From contig JAXFBD010000069.1 of assembly GCA_034118545.1 (NCBI GenBank), positions 9,948 to 73,947 of the forward strand: DNA of 64,000 nt, written 5' to 3'. The notes below the pieces were generated by a model. That model made no database searches, had not been told where the DNA came from, and saw nothing but the letters and a program-made list of their open reading frames with translations. The stretch comes from Blautia sp. (GTDB lineage Bacteria > Bacillota > Clostridia > Lachnospirales > Lachnospiraceae). Made by a program: the position numbers and the translations under genes. Below are positions 61,830 to 64,000 of the stretch, piece after piece; the stretch's first letter is position 1; each line of letters begins with the position of its first letter.

Positions 61830-63089
61830 ATGTTCAAAAAAAGTCGCTCTTTTCTTCATATTTTTCTCTGCTGTTTTTTCAGCGCCGGAGTTCTTTTTTC
61901 AAATGCGGGAACCAGCCTGGTCTCAGCAGAAGCTGCAAACGAAGAAGATTATGAGGTACCGTCCACCGAGGAAAACCCTCACACAGCCTATTACGACCAG
62001 GCAGCTGACACCAATTCCATTGAAGGATGGCCTGCCGGTCCGAATATCGAAGGACAGGCAGCTGTCCTGATGGATGTGAATACCGGTGCCGTTCTTTATT
62101 CCAAAAATGCCGATACCGAACTGTATCCGGCCAGTATTACCAAAATCATGACCACTCTTCTCGCCTGTGAAAACCTGAACCGCAAGGAGAAGCTGGTTGT
62201 CTCTGAGGCTGCCGCTTACGGCATCGAAGCCGGAAGCTCCAGCATTTATGCAGATACTGATGAAGAATTTATCATTGACCAGGCACTGATGGCTGTCATG
62301 CTGGAATCTGCCAATGAAATGTCCCTTGCTGTTGCAGAGCGTGTATCCGGTTCCGTCAAAAAATTTGTGGAATTGATGAATCAGCGTGCACGATCTATCG
62401 GCTGCACCCATACACATTTTAATAACCCCAACGGCCTGACAGATGAAAATCACTATACCAGCGCATCAGATATGGCCAAAATCGCCAGAACAGCCTGGTC
62501 AAATCCCATGTTTGTGCGTTACTGTACCAGAGATATTTATGAAATCCCTCCCACCAACAAGCAGCCGGAAACAAGGTATCTGCTCAATCACCACAAAATG
62601 ATGAAGGGCCGTGATTATGCCTACAATGGCGTCCTCGGCGGTAAAACAGGCTATACAGTGGCTGCCGGAAACACACTTGTCACCTATGCCAAACGCAATC
62701 ATCTGACGCTTGTGGCTGTTGTTCTGAATTCCATCGGCGGCGCCTATTCCGATACAGCTGCCCTGTTGGATTACGGCTTTAATAATTTTGAACTGGTTGC
62801 TGTAAACACCTCCTCTGACATCAGCACTCCCGGTTCCATTCCCGGACAGGAATATATTTTAGAAAACAGTGGTTCCATTACCCCTCTGGAATACCGTTCC
62901 AAAACCTATGTAACCCTTCCGGTGGGCACAGATTCCGGCACGCTTACCACTCAAAGAACACATTTATTTAATGCAGTGGGGCCCTCCCGCATTCGGGTCA
63001 GCTATTATCTGGGCGACACCTGTGTGGGATACGGCATGCAATACGAAAAGGAGGTTCTTTCAAACCTCCTTCAGGATTCAACTCTTTAA
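61830..63089 (+). CDS. D-alanyl-D-alanine carboxypeptidase (S11)
   Basis: Signal peptide, PASITK, SAN, KTG; ATG at 61830. Confidence 0.93.
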   Translation: MFKKSRSFLHIFLCCFFSAGVLFSNAGTSLVSAEAANEEDYEVPSTEENPHTAYYDQAADTNSIEGWPAGPNIEGQAAVLMDVNTGAVLYSKNADTELYPASITKIMTTLLACENLNRKEKLVVSEAAAYGIEAGSSSIYADTDEEFIIDQALMAVMLESANEMSLAVAERVSGSVKKFVELMNQRARSIGCTHTHFNNPNGLTDENHYTSASDMAKIARTAWSNPMFVRYCTRDIYEIPPTNKQPETRYLLNHHKMMKGRDYAYNGVLGGKTGYTVAAGNTLVTYAKRNHLTLVAVVLNSIGGAYSDTAALLDYGFNNFELVAVNTSSDISTPGSIPGQEYILENSGSITPLEYRSKTYVTLPVGTDSGTLTTQRTHLFNAVGPSRIRVSYYLGDTCVGYGMQYEKEVLSNLLQDSTL

Positions 63090-64000
63090 TTGTTTTTTAT
63101 GGCGGAGAATATCCCGTTTCTGACGGATTTCCTCCGCCTCTTCCATTGTTGCCTGTTTCAGTTTTTTTATGGCAAAATACTTCTGTTCTTCTGTTTTCCG
63201 GATCCGGATCTTGCCCACAACATAACCATGCTCCGCGCAAAGAGACACACTGTAATATACTTTTGAATTATTCATAAACCAGCGTATTTTTCTTTTTGCC
63301 ATACAATGGCATACCGGACAGCGGGTGCTGGATACTTCACGATCCCGCATAACTCTCTCCCGGTTGGCAAATTCTCTGGAAACATATCTGTCGCAGCCCG
63401 GATAGGAAAGGAAAATCTCTTCTTTTTTATTTTTCGGATTCTGATACACATCCAGCGAAGGATTTCTGAAAATGCACTCAGGGCTGATTTCCTTTAAAAC
63501 CTCCGCTGTATAATGGGCATCCTCCAGCGCACGGTGAAATCCATGATCTTTTTTTATGGCCAGAGTATCAATGGCATGCTCCAGAGCACGCCGGCTTTTT
63601 CCATCCTCATACTGTATGCTGAACAGCTTCTGGACATCATAGTAATGCACCGGTCCCGGCAGCATAGACAGCATACCATAATATTTCAGATTTCTCTGCA
63701 GCTCCATCAGATCCTGATTTCCCCAGGTACAGAAATGTCTGTCCGGACCGCACCACTGCAGAAACTCCCGGGCTGCCTGTCCAAAAGGAACGCCTCCGGA
63801 CAGATCCCTGTAATTCACATGGATCACCTCATGGATACTGTTATGGATCCACTTATACACAGCAGGTTTGATCAGTCTCTGAAATGTATCCGTAATTTCT
63901 TTCCTGTCATTTACTTTTACCGCGCCGATTTCGATTATCTCAAAGGGCAGACGGCTGTTTGCACCTTTTTTTCCGTCCGGACTCTGATTCCACTCCAGGT
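63078..64000 (-). CDS. DEDDh 3'-5' exonuclease (partial, start beyond window)
   Basis: The frame stays open to the edge: (D)LEWNQ...EIIEIGAVK, TWGNQD, HRALEDA; C-terminal Cys/His cluster. Confidence 0.88.
   Translation of the reverse strand, partial: LEWNQSPDGKKGANSRLPFEIIEIGAVKVNDRKEITDTFQRLIKPAVYKWIHNSIHEVIHVNYRDLSGGVPFGQAAREFLQWCGPDRHFCTWGNQDLMELQRNLKYYGMLSMLPGPVHYYDVQKLFSIQYEDGKSRRALEHAIDTLAIKKDHGFHRALEDAHYTAEVLKEISPECIFRNPSLDVYQNPKNKKEEIFLSYPGCDRYVSREFANRERVMRDREVSSTRCPVCHCMAKRKIRWFMNNSKVYYSVSLCAEHGYVVGKIRIRKTEEQKYFAIKKLKQATMEEAEEIRQKRDILRHKKQLKS

Overview
Chromosomal, mostly housekeeping window from a spore-forming low-GC Firmicute; gene content and protein style point to Lachnospiraceae (inference). 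Left to right: the start of a response regulator; an atypical F1Fo ATP synthase operon (atpB-E-F-A-G-D-C, with a delta-like domain fused to alpha); an Mgl-type sugar ABC transporter; a secreted SGNH hydrolase split by a frameshift in an A7 run; DUF4317 plus a membrane diguanylate cyclase; prsA-like, mfd, pth and two CobW-type GTPase genes; glycogen genes (glgB, a GH13, glgP); two polysaccharide deacetylases; an exported trigger-factor homologue; murI; a sporulation/germination block (mini-SpoIIR-like ORF, GerB-GerC fusion, GerA, gntR, ispE, sipL, spmA and spmB split by an esterase/esterase/ATP-grasp cassette); T-box-controlled ileS; a D,D-carboxypeptidase and a partial exonuclease. The best candidate for an undescribed system is at 44.6-55.6 kb: a lysine-riboswitch-fold RNA with altered binding-core nucleotides and an intrinsic terminator, upstream of a peptide ABC importer followed by an amidohydrolase and three D-/beta-peptidase-type hydrolases. 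No rRNA, tRNA, CRISPR array, transposase or integrase was seen. All family calls come from recognised motifs, not database searches.
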